NCBI GenBank assembly: GCA_048882505.1
Contig: JBHLRO010000002.1
Span: 210,001-242,000, forward strand
DNA length: 32,000 nucleotides
Direction: 5' to 3'
From: Candidatus Thorarchaeota archaeon
GTDB lineage: Archaea > Asgardarchaeota > Heimdallarchaeia > Hodarchaeales > Hodarchaeaceae
Position numbers and translations under genes: made by a program. The notes under the pieces were generated by a model. It was not told the DNA's origin, did no database searches, and saw only the letters and a program-made list of their open reading frames with translations. Below are positions 8,172-18,285 of the stretch, in pieces; position 1 is the stretch's first letter; the number at the start of each line of letters is the position of its first letter.

Positions 8172-10058
8172 ATGAAACAGACTCGCTTGAACGAGATTAT
8201 GGAGGGAAAATTTAGGTTACCTGAGCATGAAAGGCTGCGTATGGATTTAAAACCTGAAAAAATACCTCCATTACCAAGTGGAGCGAATGCACTTACCCCT
8301 AGTACAAAAGCGGGGTGGCAGACCGAGGGCATCATCAGAGCAATTTTGTCTAATCTGCATAATGGCAAAGATTGGGAGACGTTTTTCATTTATGGAGGGA
8401 GTGGGAAGGCGATGCGCAATTGGAAGGCATTTTATGATACTATTGAGCTTTTAAAGAACTTAGAACAAAATGAGACTCTATTTATGCAGTCTGGGGTGCC
8501 CTATGGCAAAACCATCACCCATCCTTTAGCACCAAGATGTGTAATCACCAATTCAGTCATTGTGCCCAACTGGATCCAATCTTTCCAAGAGTTTGTAGAC
8601 GCGGGTTTGACCGTTTACGGTCAGATGACGGCAGGAAGCTGGATTTTCATTGGCCTTCAGGGAATTATACAAGGAACATATGAGACACTGGTTGCGGCCA
8701 TCAATAAAGCTGAAGAAAGACCGTCTTATACCACTCTCTCGCCGTTTGAACAAAAATTGGTTGTAACAGCAGGATTGGGACTTATGGGAGGAGCTCAACC
8801 TTTAGCTATTAAGATGGCGGGGAAGGTCGCATTGATTGCGGAAATCGATCCATCAAATTTGGATAGGATTTATGGCCAAGGACGTGACAAGGGAACCCCT
8901 TACCTTGACATAAAAACGACTTCCATTCCTGAAAGCGTCAAACTTGCGCAAGAATATGCTGAGAAAGATAAATCCATATCCATCGGCGTTTTATGCAACG
9001 CCGTGGACTTGCTAGAGTATTTGATTTCAGAGAACATCACGCCTCACGTACTGACGGATCAGACCTCTGCTCACGATATGTTAAATGGATATATTCCTAC
9101 TGAGATGTCCTTCGAAGAAGCAATTGAACTACGCAAATCAGATCCGACTCATTACAAGAGCTTGGCTTATAAGACTGTAAAACGTCATGTACGCGCGATG
9201 TTGACTCTGCAAAAGCGGGGAGCGGAAACATTTGACTATGGGAATAACATTCGTGCCCAAGCGCATACTGCCGGACTTGATGACGCGTTTGGGTTTGCAG
9301 GATTCGTTGTTAATTACATTCGTCCTTTGTTTTGTGAAGGAAAAGGGCCGTTCAGATGGGCCGCGTTGTCAAATGACCCAGAGGACATTCGTATTACAGA
9401 TATTTATGCGAAGAAATTATTTCACGATGACCCAATGCTAATAAACTGGATAAATTTAGCTTCCAAGTACATTCCATTTGAGGGTGGGCTTCCTGCTAGA
9501 GTTTTTTGGGCAGGCTACAAGGGCAGGGCTGCGTTTGGGATGCTTCTGAACAAACTGTATGCAGACGGGTTGATTAAGGCCCCAGTTATCATTGGTCGTG
9601 ATCATTTAGATGGAGGATCAGTGGCAAGTCCTTATCGCGAGACAGAGGGAATGAAAGACGGATCTGACGCCATTGGAGATTATCCAGTTCTTAATCTTCT
9701 CGGAAATTCCTTGTGTGGCGCTACATGGACAAGTTATCATGGTGGAGGTGGTGTAGGAGTGGGATACTCACTTCACGCTGGCCAGGTCTGCGTAGCGGAT
9801 GGCACCCATATCTCTCAGGAACGGATATTCAGGGTTCTGACATGGGATCCTATGTCTGCCATCTTAAGACACGCGGCTGCGGGGTACTCTAAATCTATCA
9901 AGTTAGCAGAAGCCCACAACATTCTGATACCTGGAATAAGCGAACAACGGGATGCATCCTATCAGAAATTGTACCTAGAATTGATTCACCTTGTGGAAGA
10001 TCGAACAGACATCGATCTATATCCACCCCTGGAAAAACACGAAATACAATTAATTTGA
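8172..10058 (+). CDS. hutU: Urocanate hydratase
   Basis: Motifs GQMTAGSWIFIGLQGIIQGTYET, GLGLMGGAQP, DQTSAHD, GKGPFRW and GRDHLDGGSVASPYRETEGMKDGSDA. Carries N- and C-terminal extensions relative to typical ~550-aa HutU. Confidence 0.96.
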   Translation: MKQTRLNEIMEGKFRLPEHERLRMDLKPEKIPPLPSGANALTPSTKAGWQTEGIIRAILSNLHNGKDWETFFIYGGSGKAMRNWKAFYDTIELLKNLEQNETLFMQSGVPYGKTITHPLAPRCVITNSVIVPNWIQSFQEFVDAGLTVYGQMTAGSWIFIGLQGIIQGTYETLVAAINKAEERPSYTTLSPFEQKLVVTAGLGLMGGAQPLAIKMAGKVALIAEIDPSNLDRIYGQGRDKGTPYLDIKTTSIPESVKLAQEYAEKDKSISIGVLCNAVDLLEYLISENITPHVLTDQTSAHDMLNGYIPTEMSFEEAIELRKSDPTHYKSLAYKTVKRHVRAMLTLQKRGAETFDYGNNIRAQAHTAGLDDAFGFAGFVVNYIRPLFCEGKGPFRWAALSNDPEDIRITDIYAKKLFHDDPMLINWINLASKYIPFEGGLPARVFWAGYKGRAAFGMLLNKLYADGLIKAPVIIGRDHLDGGSVASPYRETEGMKDGSDAIGDYPVLNLLGNSLCGATWTSYHGGGGVGVGYSLHAGQVCVADGTHISQERIFRVLTWDPMSAILRHAAAGYSKSIKLAEAHNILIPGISEQRDASYQKLYLELIHLVEDRTDIDLYPPLEKHEIQLI

Positions 10059-10115
10059 AATGGATCCCAATTTATCCGCGTAACTATATCCTTATTCGCG
10101 TGAGTTAGAATTTCA

Positions 10116-13100
10116 GTGAATCACCAATTAAAAAGGCCCGAATTCTCGGAGGAAGAGGCCCAGGCGATTGTCAAGAAGCTGTACGGAGTTGACGGAATTG
10201 CACAAGAATTTCCCAGTGAACGTGACCAAAATTTTTATCTGGGGGCATTTGATGGGTCTGAATTTGTTTTAAAGATTGCTAGTACACTTGAGAAGAGGGA
10301 AATACTTGATTTTCAAAATCAGGCCATGATTCATCTGTCTTCTGTCACTCCTGGGATCGCTCCACGGGTAATTTCGACCAAGAATAATAATCTGCTTGGG
10401 ACGTATAAAAAGGGAGAAGAATCCTATTTCGTAAGATTGCTTACATGTCTTCCTGGAGAGATTCTTGCAAGAATAAATCCTCACCATGAAGAGCTTGTTG
10501 CGAATTTCGGCCGCTTTATTGGAGAACTAACAAAAGGTTTGTCAAATTTTTCGCATCCTTCATCAGACCGTGAGTTTCACTGGGATTTAAAACACGCTCA
10601 CACTGTGATTGAAAGATATAAAGAATATATTCAACTTCCTGAAAGAAAGGCGCTTTTGGAATATTTCTTGACCTTGTTTGAAAGGAATACGAAATCAAAG
10701 GTAAACAAGTTACGGAAGAGCGTGATCCATAACGATGCCAACGATTTCAATATTATTGTGAATTATCGCCCCGCCCCGTTTAGCTACGACTTTGGTATTA
10801 TAGACTTTGGAGACATGGTAAAGAGTTGTACCGTTTTTGATTTGGCAGTTGCTATTGCATATTTGATACTTGGAAAAAAAAATCCAATTGCTATTGCTTC
10901 AATAGCCGTTACAGGCTTCCATTCCGTGTTTCCACTGACTGAACTGGAATTGGAATGCTTATTTATATTTATTTGTCTCCGTCTTTGTCTAAGTGTGACT
11001 ATATCGGCATATCAGCAAAATATGGATCCCGATAATGAATATCTGACCATATCAGAAGATTTGGCCTGGAAAACATTATATCAGCTGAAAGAGATTCATC
11101 CCGAATTTGCCCACATATCCTTTCGCATTGCGTGTAAAATGATTCCCTCTCTGAAAACAGAAAGTATAAGCCAATGGCTATCCAGAACTTCACACACTTC
11201 TATTATAGAATACAACTTTTCAAATCAGCCGCACATCGTCTTTGATCTCAGTGTGAATAGTTTAGAATTCAACTCATTTTACGAACTTCAGAGTAAGGAC
11301 TGTTTAGAGCGTCTTATATTTGACAGAATGAAAGAAGCAAATACCAATATCGGTATTGGGAGACATAATGAGCCGCGTCTTTATTACACCATTGATCCCC
11401 CTAGTTTTGCTGAGGCTCCAACAATACATTTGGGGTACGATTTATTCCTAATACACCGCCTACCGATTTTCAGTCCAGCCGATGGTCAAGTTTACTGGAA
11501 CCAAACTCATAACTTGACTGATTTTAATTCCATACTTATCCTCAAGCATGTTCTAAACAAGGGAGAGTTAGAATATTTCACTATTTACAGAAATTTAGAG
11601 GCTGATTCGATAAAAAACCTCAAAATAAGGGATGAAATCAGCCAAGGGGAACATTTGGGTTATGTGGGGAACCTAAAGGGTGAAACCCCCCTTTATTTCC
11701 TTCATTTTCAGCTGTCAACTTGTTTATTCGGAGAACCCAATAAGTTACCCTTCGTAATTCCAGTAAATCAAAAAAAAGTCTGGTTATCAGTGTGTCTCGA
11801 CCCTAATTTTTTCCTGCAGATTCCTAATGAGTCGTTTCCCCAAGATACCCTGTCTGTAGAAGAAATTCTTATGTTAAGGAGGCAACTAATAGGATCATCT
11901 TTGAGTATCTCGTACATTAACCCCTTAAACATTGTACGGGGGTATGGACAATATCTATATGACCAAAATGCCCGGCCTTACCTTGATGCGGTGAATAATG
12001 TCCCACATGTTGGACACAATCATCCCAAAGTTGTGGATGCTTTACATCGCCAGTCAATCGCGTTAAACACTAACACACGTTATCTGCATGAAAACCTAGT
12101 AAGATATGCTCAACGATTGTGTGCAACATTCCCCGATCCTCTCAAAGTGTGTTTTTTTGTCAATAGCGGCAGTGAAGCGAATGAATTAGCCTTGCGGCTA
12201 GCTAGGACGTACACAAAACAGCATGACATAATCGTGGTCGATCATGCCTATCACGGTAATACTGGGGAGTTGATCAGTATCAGTCCCTACAAATATGATG
12301 GCCCCGGAGGTAAAGGCCCCCCTCCGTACGTACATAAGGTGAGTATGCCCGATATCTTTCGCGGAATACACAAAGCCAGTGATCCCGAGGCATCCAAGAA
12401 ATATGCTGCCGAAGTGGAGCAAATATTGGTAAGCTTGCAGGAAGCTGGAAGAGGCCCAGCGGCCTTTATTTGTGAGTCGTTACCTGGAGTCGGAGGGCAG
12501 ATTGTGTTTCCCAAGGGGTATTTAGAAGAGGTTTATAAGCACACCAGAGGTTTTGGTGGTGTTTGTATTGCAGATGAGGTGCAGGTGGGATTTGGTAGAG
12601 TAGGCAGTCATTTCTGGGGGTTTGAGCTCCAGAATGTGGTACCTGATATTGTAACCCTGGGAAAACCAATGGGAAATGGACATCCTTTAGGTGCTGTTGT
12701 GACAACATCAGGAATAGCAAGGGCATTTAATAATGGAATGGAATACTTTACAACCACAGGAGGCAATCCCGTCTCCTGTGCCGTTGGATTAGCTGTTCTT
12801 GATGTCATCCAAGAGGAAAATCTTCAAAAAAATGCACTCGAAATCGGAAACTATCTCAAGAAGGAGCTTCTGCAATTAAAGGAGAGATTTCCCATAATTG
12901 GCAATGTCCGCGGAGAGGGACTCTTTCTTGGAGTTGAATTGGTTCTAAATCCAGAAAAATTGGATCCAGCGCCGCTAAAAACCCAGTACGTTGTAGAAAG
13001 GATGAAAGAAGAAGGCATATTACTAAGTTTCGATGGACCTTTATTTAATGTGATTAAAATCAAACCTCCTTTGATATTCACAAAGGACAACGCCGTTTAC

Positions 13101-13151
13101 CTTATAAAAAGGCTTGAACAAGTTCTTACAGAAGATTATTTACAGGTTTAG
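10116..13151 (+). CDS. Fusion of an APH/hydroxylysine-kinase-like domain, a degenerate M23-like domain and a class III PLP aminotransferase/phospho-lyase
   Basis: Kinase motifs IHNDANDFN and IIDFGD. M23-like HLGYD and FLHFQL. Class III PLP motifs [34 protein letters not shown] and TLGKPMGNG. Confidence 0.9.
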   Translation: MNHQLKRPEFSEEEAQAIVKKLYGVDGIAQEFPSERDQNFYLGAFDGSEFVLKIASTLEKREILDFQNQAMIHLSSVTPGIAPRVISTKNNNLLGTYKKGEESYFVRLLTCLPGEILARINPHHEELVANFGRFIGELTKGLSNFSHPSSDREFHWDLKHAHTVIERYKEYIQLPERKALLEYFLTLFERNTKSKVNKLRKSVIHNDANDFNIIVNYRPAPFSYDFGIIDFGDMVKSCTVFDLAVAIAYLILGKKNPIAIASIAVTGFHSVFPLTELELECLFIFICLRLCLSVTISAYQQNMDPDNEYLTISEDLAWKTLYQLKEIHPEFAHISFRIACKMIPSLKTESISQWLSRTSHTSIIEYNFSNQPHIVFDLSVNSLEFNSFYELQSKDCLERLIFDRMKEANTNIGIGRHNEPRLYYTIDPPSFAEAPTIHLGYDLFLIHRLPIFSPADGQVYWNQTHNLTDFNSILILKHVLNKGELEYFTIYRNLEADSIKNLKIRDEISQGEHLGYVGNLKGETPLYFLHFQLSTCLFGEPNKLPFVIPVNQKKVWLSVCLDPNFFLQIPNESFPQDTLSVEEILMLRRQLIGSSLSISYINPLNIVRGYGQYLYDQNARPYLDAVNNVPHVGHNHPKVVDALHRQSIALNTNTRYLHENLVRYAQRLCATFPDPLKVCFFVNSGSEANELALRLARTYTKQHDIIVVDHAYHGNTGELISISPYKYDGPGGKGPPPYVHKVSMPDIFRGIHKASDPEASKKYAAEVEQILVSLQEAGRGPAAFICESLPGVGGQIVFPKGYLEEVYKHTRGFGGVCIADEVQVGFGRVGSHFWGFELQNVVPDIVTLGKPMGNGHPLGAVVTTSGIARAFNNGMEYFTTTGGNPVSCAVGLAVLDVIQEENLQKNALEIGNYLKKELLQLKERFPIIGNVRGEGLFLGVELVLNPEKLDPAPLKTQYVVERMKEEGILLSFDGPLFNVIKIKPPLIFTKDNAVYLIKRLEQVLTEDYLQV

Positions 13152-13178
13152 CTATTTGCCATCCAAAAGAAGAAATTT

Positions 13179-13613
13179 TTAGGACTGGGAGGACATATCT
13201 ATCGTTAATCTGTCTTTCCAGAACTTAAGCTTAATCTGGAGATTCTTAATGTCCTCCATCCCAAGAACCTGATTGGTTCGCTTTATCACGGAGAGTTTTT
13301 GCTTTATTCTTGATACCAGCATCGGGTTATCTTGCTTTTGAGGTTTTTCTTGTTCCAAACGTCTTCTAATCTCTCCATACTTTTCACCTAACCGCTGGAC
13401 ATACGTATCAATATCTTTATGCACATCAGCGGCGAAATGAACCTGTGATAGATCCAATTCTAGATTTTTTAGCGTCTCGTAAACATATAAAGCCTTAACT
13501 AGAACTCTTTCTCGCTTAGTTGTCCGGTTCGATCTTTCAATCGCCAGTTCCAAGTAGCGTGCGAGTTCTCCTAACTTGTATCCGATAATAAAGGCGACAT
13601 CGTTACGGATCAA
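13179..13613 (-). CDS. Hypothetical helical protein (144 aa)
   Basis: Clean ORF convergent with the fusion gene, with amphipathic helical composition. TTG start. Confidence 0.65.
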   Translation of the reverse strand: MIRNDVAFIIGYKLGELARYLELAIERSNRTTKRERVLVKALYVYETLKNLELDLSQVHFAADVHKDIDTYVQRLGEKYGEIRRRLEQEKPQKQDNPMLVSRIKQKLSVIKRTNQVLGMEDIKNLQIKLKFWKDRLTIDMSSQS

Positions 13614-14111
13614 TGCCCATTAGCTCGTTTTTTGTTAGTCAGGATTGTGGGCAAATAAGGTATCCAATTAAATAAATAGTACTGGCCTGGGAAAAGTTCT
13701 AGGCAAGATATCAACTTAAGATCAAAAACATCGAGCTTCATTTCCCTCGAATTTGGCATGGAACGGGTCGGTTTAGTAGTTCTAGAATCCCCCGCCTTCC
13801 TTTCAAATTTTCGGATGCTGCGTAATTGAGCTCCATTTTCCGTTTATAAATATGTTCTGCGTCAATTTTCTAATAATGACATAAATAATCCTAACTATCC
13901 CCCATAACTTATGGATCCAAAAATTAGGAATACAACTCTCTTTATCATAAGACAAACTCTGGGTTTGTGAAAATTAAAGTTATACACCTCATTAACCTTA
14001 ATAATTTTTATCCGTTGATCCTTAATAGCGACTACCAAATGCAATAAAACTCATAAATTTGTCTTAGAACACCGAACTGCTTATTATAAACGATATGAGG
14101 AGTCAATTGCC

Positions 14112-15602
14112 GTGGAAAAGCCAACCGTTACATTAGATGGAGAATCACTCTCTATTCCAGATATGATTTTGATAACTCGAGATAATTGCGCAGTAGAGAT
14201 AGCACCCAAGAGCGTTCCAAGAATAGAACGGGCCGCAAATATCGTTCAAACTGTTTTGAGACAGAATAGGCGAATATATGGTGTTACAACGGGATTCGGA
14301 CATCTTCAGGAAGTACAGGTTTCTCCTGATAATGTAGTTCAACTTCAAGAAAACCTTGTTCTTAGTCACTCAGCAGGGGTAGGATTGGAACTACCCTCAG
14401 AAGTGGTTCGGGGAATGATGGTATTACAAATCAATAAACTTGTACGTGGACATTCTGGGGTACAATTGGAAGTGGTCGAGCTCCTTGTGGACCTTTTAAA
14501 CCACAATATTGTGCCCGTAGTTCCATCTCAGGGAAGTCTTGGGGCAAGTGGGGATCTTGCGCCGTTGGCACATCTTTCGCAGGTTTTGATTGGCAAAGGA
14601 TGGGTGGATTTTGGTGGGCAACGGATTACTGGTGGAGCGGCTCTAAAAAAGGTAGGGCTTGCGTCTCTTCGATTGGGAGCTAAAGATGGACTAGCTTTAC
14701 TTAATGGAACACAAGCAATGACAGCAATCGCCGCATTAGCAATTGCAGATGCCAAATATCTAGTTAGGATTGCCAATCTAGTAACTGCGATGAGTATGGA
14801 GGTACACCGGGCCAATATCGATGCGCTTAATCCTTTGATACATCAAGCTCGTCCACATCGGGGTCAGATAGATGTAGCGAAGGAATTGTTGGATATTTTG
14901 GATGGAAGTAAGAGCGTTCGGGATCACATACCTCACCAAGATCCATATTCCTTACGTTGTGTCCCCGCTGTCCACGGCGCCATTTTAGATGCAGTTCGAT
15001 ATGCAGAAAACGTGGTTGAAGTAGAAATGAATTCTTCCACTGATAATCCCCTGATTTTCTCGGTTGACCAGATTTACTCTGGAGGAAATTTTCATGGTCA
15101 TCCTGTTGCGATCGTAATGGATTTCTTGGGGCTAGCCATGACAGGGATTGGAACGATCTCAGAACGACGGGTTGAACGCCTGTTAAATCCAAGTCTTAGT
15201 GGTTTGCCTGCTTTTCTCGCCCCTGCTGCAGGGCCTAATTCTGGTTTAATGATCGCCCAATATACTTCGGCTTCATTGGTCGCTGAAAACAACCATCTCG
15301 CCTCTCCTGCCTCTGTTGATTCAATTCCGGTTTCTGCCAACCAAGAGGATTTTGTTTCCATGGGTACATCCGCGGCATCAAAAACTCGAATAATTATTCA
15401 GAATTTGCACAACATTCTTGCGATAGAATTACTATGTGCGGCGCAAGCTATAGATCTAGCCCAGATTAAAGACTTTCTCGCGCCTAAAACGAAGAAAGCC
15501 TTCTCCACAATCCGTGAGGTAGTTTCCTCTTTAACCCATGATCGAGAATTGGCTCCAGACATTTCCCAATGTGTTCGACTGATCCAGGATCGAAAGTTGT
15601 AA
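14112..15602 (+). CDS. hutH: Histidine ammonia-lyase
   Basis: MIO-forming GASGDLAPL, plus YGVTTGFG, ALLNGTQ, QDPYSLRC, GGNFHG and SANQEDFVSMG. GAGGAG upstream of the GTG. Confidence 0.96.
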   Translation: MEKPTVTLDGESLSIPDMILITRDNCAVEIAPKSVPRIERAANIVQTVLRQNRRIYGVTTGFGHLQEVQVSPDNVVQLQENLVLSHSAGVGLELPSEVVRGMMVLQINKLVRGHSGVQLEVVELLVDLLNHNIVPVVPSQGSLGASGDLAPLAHLSQVLIGKGWVDFGGQRITGGAALKKVGLASLRLGAKDGLALLNGTQAMTAIAALAIADAKYLVRIANLVTAMSMEVHRANIDALNPLIHQARPHRGQIDVAKELLDILDGSKSVRDHIPHQDPYSLRCVPAVHGAILDAVRYAENVVEVEMNSSTDNPLIFSVDQIYSGGNFHGHPVAIVMDFLGLAMTGIGTISERRVERLLNPSLSGLPAFLAPAAGPNSGLMIAQYTSASLVAENNHLASPASVDSIPVSANQEDFVSMGTSAASKTRIIIQNLHNILAIELLCAAQAIDLAQIKDFLAPKTKKAFSTIREVVSSLTHDRELAPDISQCVRLIQDRKL

Positions 15603-15635
15603 ATAAGATCCAGTCAGATTTTAGGGTTGAACAAA

Positions 15636-16817
15636 CTAACTGAAATAATAATAGAGGCCCGAAATGGCATAGATCGCGGTTCCTTTCCAGAGTACCGACT
15701 CGTCTACCTGAAATTGAGGATGATGGTGCGGATGGATGATGCCTGTTTCCTCATTGTAGATCCCAAGAGTGAAAAAAACTCCTTTGGTTCTTTGTAGATA
15801 AAATCCGAAATCCTCGCCAATCATACTTGAGGGAGCTGGTTTAACTTCATCTAGATCATGGAGTATCGTGATGATCTTCTTTGTGGTGTATTTGTCATTA
15901 ATCAAGGCTGGATAACCTAGGGGATCAATATTAACCAATCCCTTGCAACGCCACGCTTGTGAATATCCAACGACCACCTCCTGGAGGCGATCCAAAATAC
16001 GTGAGCGAACTTTGGGATTCAGTGTTCGAAGTGTTCCATTTAGGATTCCAACCGTTGGGATAATATTGTGGGCATTACTCCCTACTATCCGCGGAATTGT
16101 TAACACAACTGGTTCAAAGGGGTCTATCTCACGTGAAATTACCTTTTGGAGTGCATTATATATATCGAAAAGCACAGGAATCGGATCGATGGTTTCATGA
16201 GGCATTGCGGCATGTCCTCCGATCCCAGAAACTATAATTGTGAAACGATCTGAGGAAGCAAATAAAGCTCCGTCCGTTCTAGTAGCAATTTCGCCAGAGG
16301 ATGATGCTTGCCAGACATGAAGACCAAAAATCGCGTCCACGTCGTCAAGCTGCCCCTCTTCTACAATTTTTTTTGCCCCCGCCTTGCCTTCTTCCCCGGG
16401 TTGAAATATTAGCTTTAGAGGGCCTGGTAAAATCTCTCGGTACTTGAAAAGAATTTTGGCCGCACCCAATAACATCGCTGTATGAGCATCATGTCCACAG
16501 GCATGCATCTTTCCAGGTATTTTACTTCGGTATGGGATATCATTCTCCTCGGTGATATTTAGCGCGTCGATATCAGCCCGCAAAGCCACAGTTTTTCCTT
16601 GAGAATCATTATTAAGGATTCCCAGGATCCCAGTACCCGCAGTTCTTTCCGTATCAAAACCAAGGTTCTTTAGTTCATTTTCAATGTAATCTGCAGTTTT
16701 ATGTTCTTCGTATGCTGTTTCTGGGTGCATGTGGAGATAACGACGCGTTTGGACTATGTACTCCTCCAGGTCTCTGGCCTCGTCGATTATCTGATGCTTT
16801 AAATCTCGGAATATCAA
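15636..16817 (-). CDS. M20 family amidohydrolase (M20D/IAA-amino acid hydrolase-like)
   Basis: Motifs LHMHPE, ALRADIDAL, MHACGHD, IFQPGEEG, GGHAAMPH, GEDF and HHP.FQVDE. Confidence 0.92.
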   Translation of the reverse strand: MIFRDLKHQIIDEARDLEEYIVQTRRYLHMHPETAYEEHKTADYIENELKNLGFDTERTAGTGILGILNNDSQGKTVALRADIDALNITEENDIPYRSKIPGKMHACGHDAHTAMLLGAAKILFKYREILPGPLKLIFQPGEEGKAGAKKIVEEGQLDDVDAIFGLHVWQASSSGEIATRTDGALFASSDRFTIIVSGIGGHAAMPHETIDPIPVLFDIYNALQKVISREIDPFEPVVLTIPRIVGSNAHNIIPTVGILNGTLRTLNPKVRSRILDRLQEVVVGYSQAWRCKGLVNIDPLGYPALINDKYTTKKIITILHDLDEVKPAPSSMIGEDFGFYLQRTKGVFFTLGIYNEETGIIHPHHHPQFQVDESVLWKGTAIYAISGLYYYFS

Positions 16818-16874
16818 ATGCCAAACCTCCTCGAATTCAATCTATGGTCAGGCTTCATAAATAACCCCTTAAAA

Positions 16875-16890
16875 GATGGTTTTAACCATC
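16875..16890. promoter_or_regulatory. Perfect 7-bp inverted repeat GATGGTT-TT-AACCATC in the divergent M20 / glnA-like intergenic region (candidate operator)
   Basis: Read directly from the sequence. It sits between divergent starts at 16817 and 16928. Confidence 0.45.
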
Positions 16891-16927
16891 CCTGTAAGTT
16901 AGTAAATCGGATAAGGAAGCCTGATCC

Positions 16928-18256
16928 ATGCTTATTAATGAAGTTGAGGAAGTATTGGAAGGAGAAAAGGTTGAAGAAATTGCGTTACAATTCACTGATC
17001 TAGTGGGCACCCTTCATACGCTTTGGGTTCCCGTTAAGCATTTTTCGATTATCATTGAGGAAGGAATGCATACGGATGGTAGTTCATTAGGAGTGGTTGA
17101 TGTCAGTAAGAGTGACGTTAAGTTAATACCAGATCCTAGTAGTTTTATCGTGCTCCCACACGGTTTGTTCCCACAACGGGTCGCAAGAGTAGTTTGTGAT
17201 TTATATGAGCCAGATTCCAATAAACCATTCGAGCTAGATCCCCGTTTTATTTTGAAAAAAGGTTTACAGAACATTCAAGATACATTAGGGGCTAATGTCG
17301 TTGGTTATATGTCAAGTGAAATCGAGTTCTTCCTGTTTGAGAGGAAAGAACACGATAAAATCAAACTGATCGATGAGGCTGGGTATCTAGCTTCTCCCCC
17401 AGCAGATCGTGGTGCAGAACTTCGCCTTGAAATGACTAAACAATTTAACCATATAGGAATCGCGATTGAAAAACATCACCACGAAGTTCCTCATGGAAAA
17501 AGCGAGTTCAATCTGGCCTATGATCAAGCATTACGAATGGCAGATACTATTTATCTTGTTAAATTTCTAACAAAAATAATTGCTGCCAAAAAAGGACTCA
17601 TAGCATCTTTTATGCCCAAACCGTTCTACGGAGAATACGGAGCAGGATTGCATACACATATTAATTTACGGGATGATAAAAACGAGGTAAATCTTTTCGC
17701 GGATTCTACTCAATCCCATGGGTTAAGTGGCATGGCGTTAGGATTCATGGCAGGAATTCTTACTCATGCAAAAGGTTTGGCAGGCATAACAAACCCGTCG
17801 GTTAATTCTTACAAACGGCTTGTACCAGGATGGGAAGCCCCTGTTTACATTTCATGGGCCAATTACAACCGTTCGACACTAATAAGAATCCCACCTGGAA
17901 AAAAGAAAGCTGCACGGTTGGAATATCGTCCCACTGATGGGTCCTGCAATTTTTATTTATCTTATGCTGCCCTGTTCGCAGCAGGACTAGATGGTATCAA
18001 AAAGAAACTAATCCCCCCTCCCGCTGTTGAAGAGGATATCTATAAGATGAGTCCCAATGAGCGTACGGAAAGAGGAATTGAGACACTTCCAGGAAATTTC
18101 GGAGAGGCACTTTACCACCTTCAAAAAGATCAGTATCTTGAAGAATCACTGGGTTCGAATTTTTATCAGAAATATCTCGATATTAAAACTCGTGAATGGC
18201 ACGATTTCAACGTTTATGTCCATGAATGGGAAAGAAAGAGATATATAGATGTTTAA
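16928..18256 (+). CDS. glnA: Glutamine synthetase type I-like gamma-glutamyl ligase
   Basis: Motifs QFTDLVG, TDGSS, EIEFF, HHEV..GKSEF, FMPKP, GLHTH, NSYKRLVPGWEAP, NRS.LIRIP and RLEYR. Confidence 0.88.
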   Translation: MLINEVEEVLEGEKVEEIALQFTDLVGTLHTLWVPVKHFSIIIEEGMHTDGSSLGVVDVSKSDVKLIPDPSSFIVLPHGLFPQRVARVVCDLYEPDSNKPFELDPRFILKKGLQNIQDTLGANVVGYMSSEIEFFLFERKEHDKIKLIDEAGYLASPPADRGAELRLEMTKQFNHIGIAIEKHHHEVPHGKSEFNLAYDQALRMADTIYLVKFLTKIIAAKKGLIASFMPKPFYGEYGAGLHTHINLRDDKNEVNLFADSTQSHGLSGMALGFMAGILTHAKGLAGITNPSVNSYKRLVPGWEAPVYISWANYNRSTLIRIPPGKKKAARLEYRPTDGSCNFYLSYAALFAAGLDGIKKKLIPPPAVEEDIYKMSPNERTERGIETLPGNFGEALYHLQKDQYLEESLGSNFYQKYLDIKTREWHDFNVYVHEWERKRYIDV

Positions 18257-18285
18257 GATCATCAATAGAAATAAAGGTGGTATAA

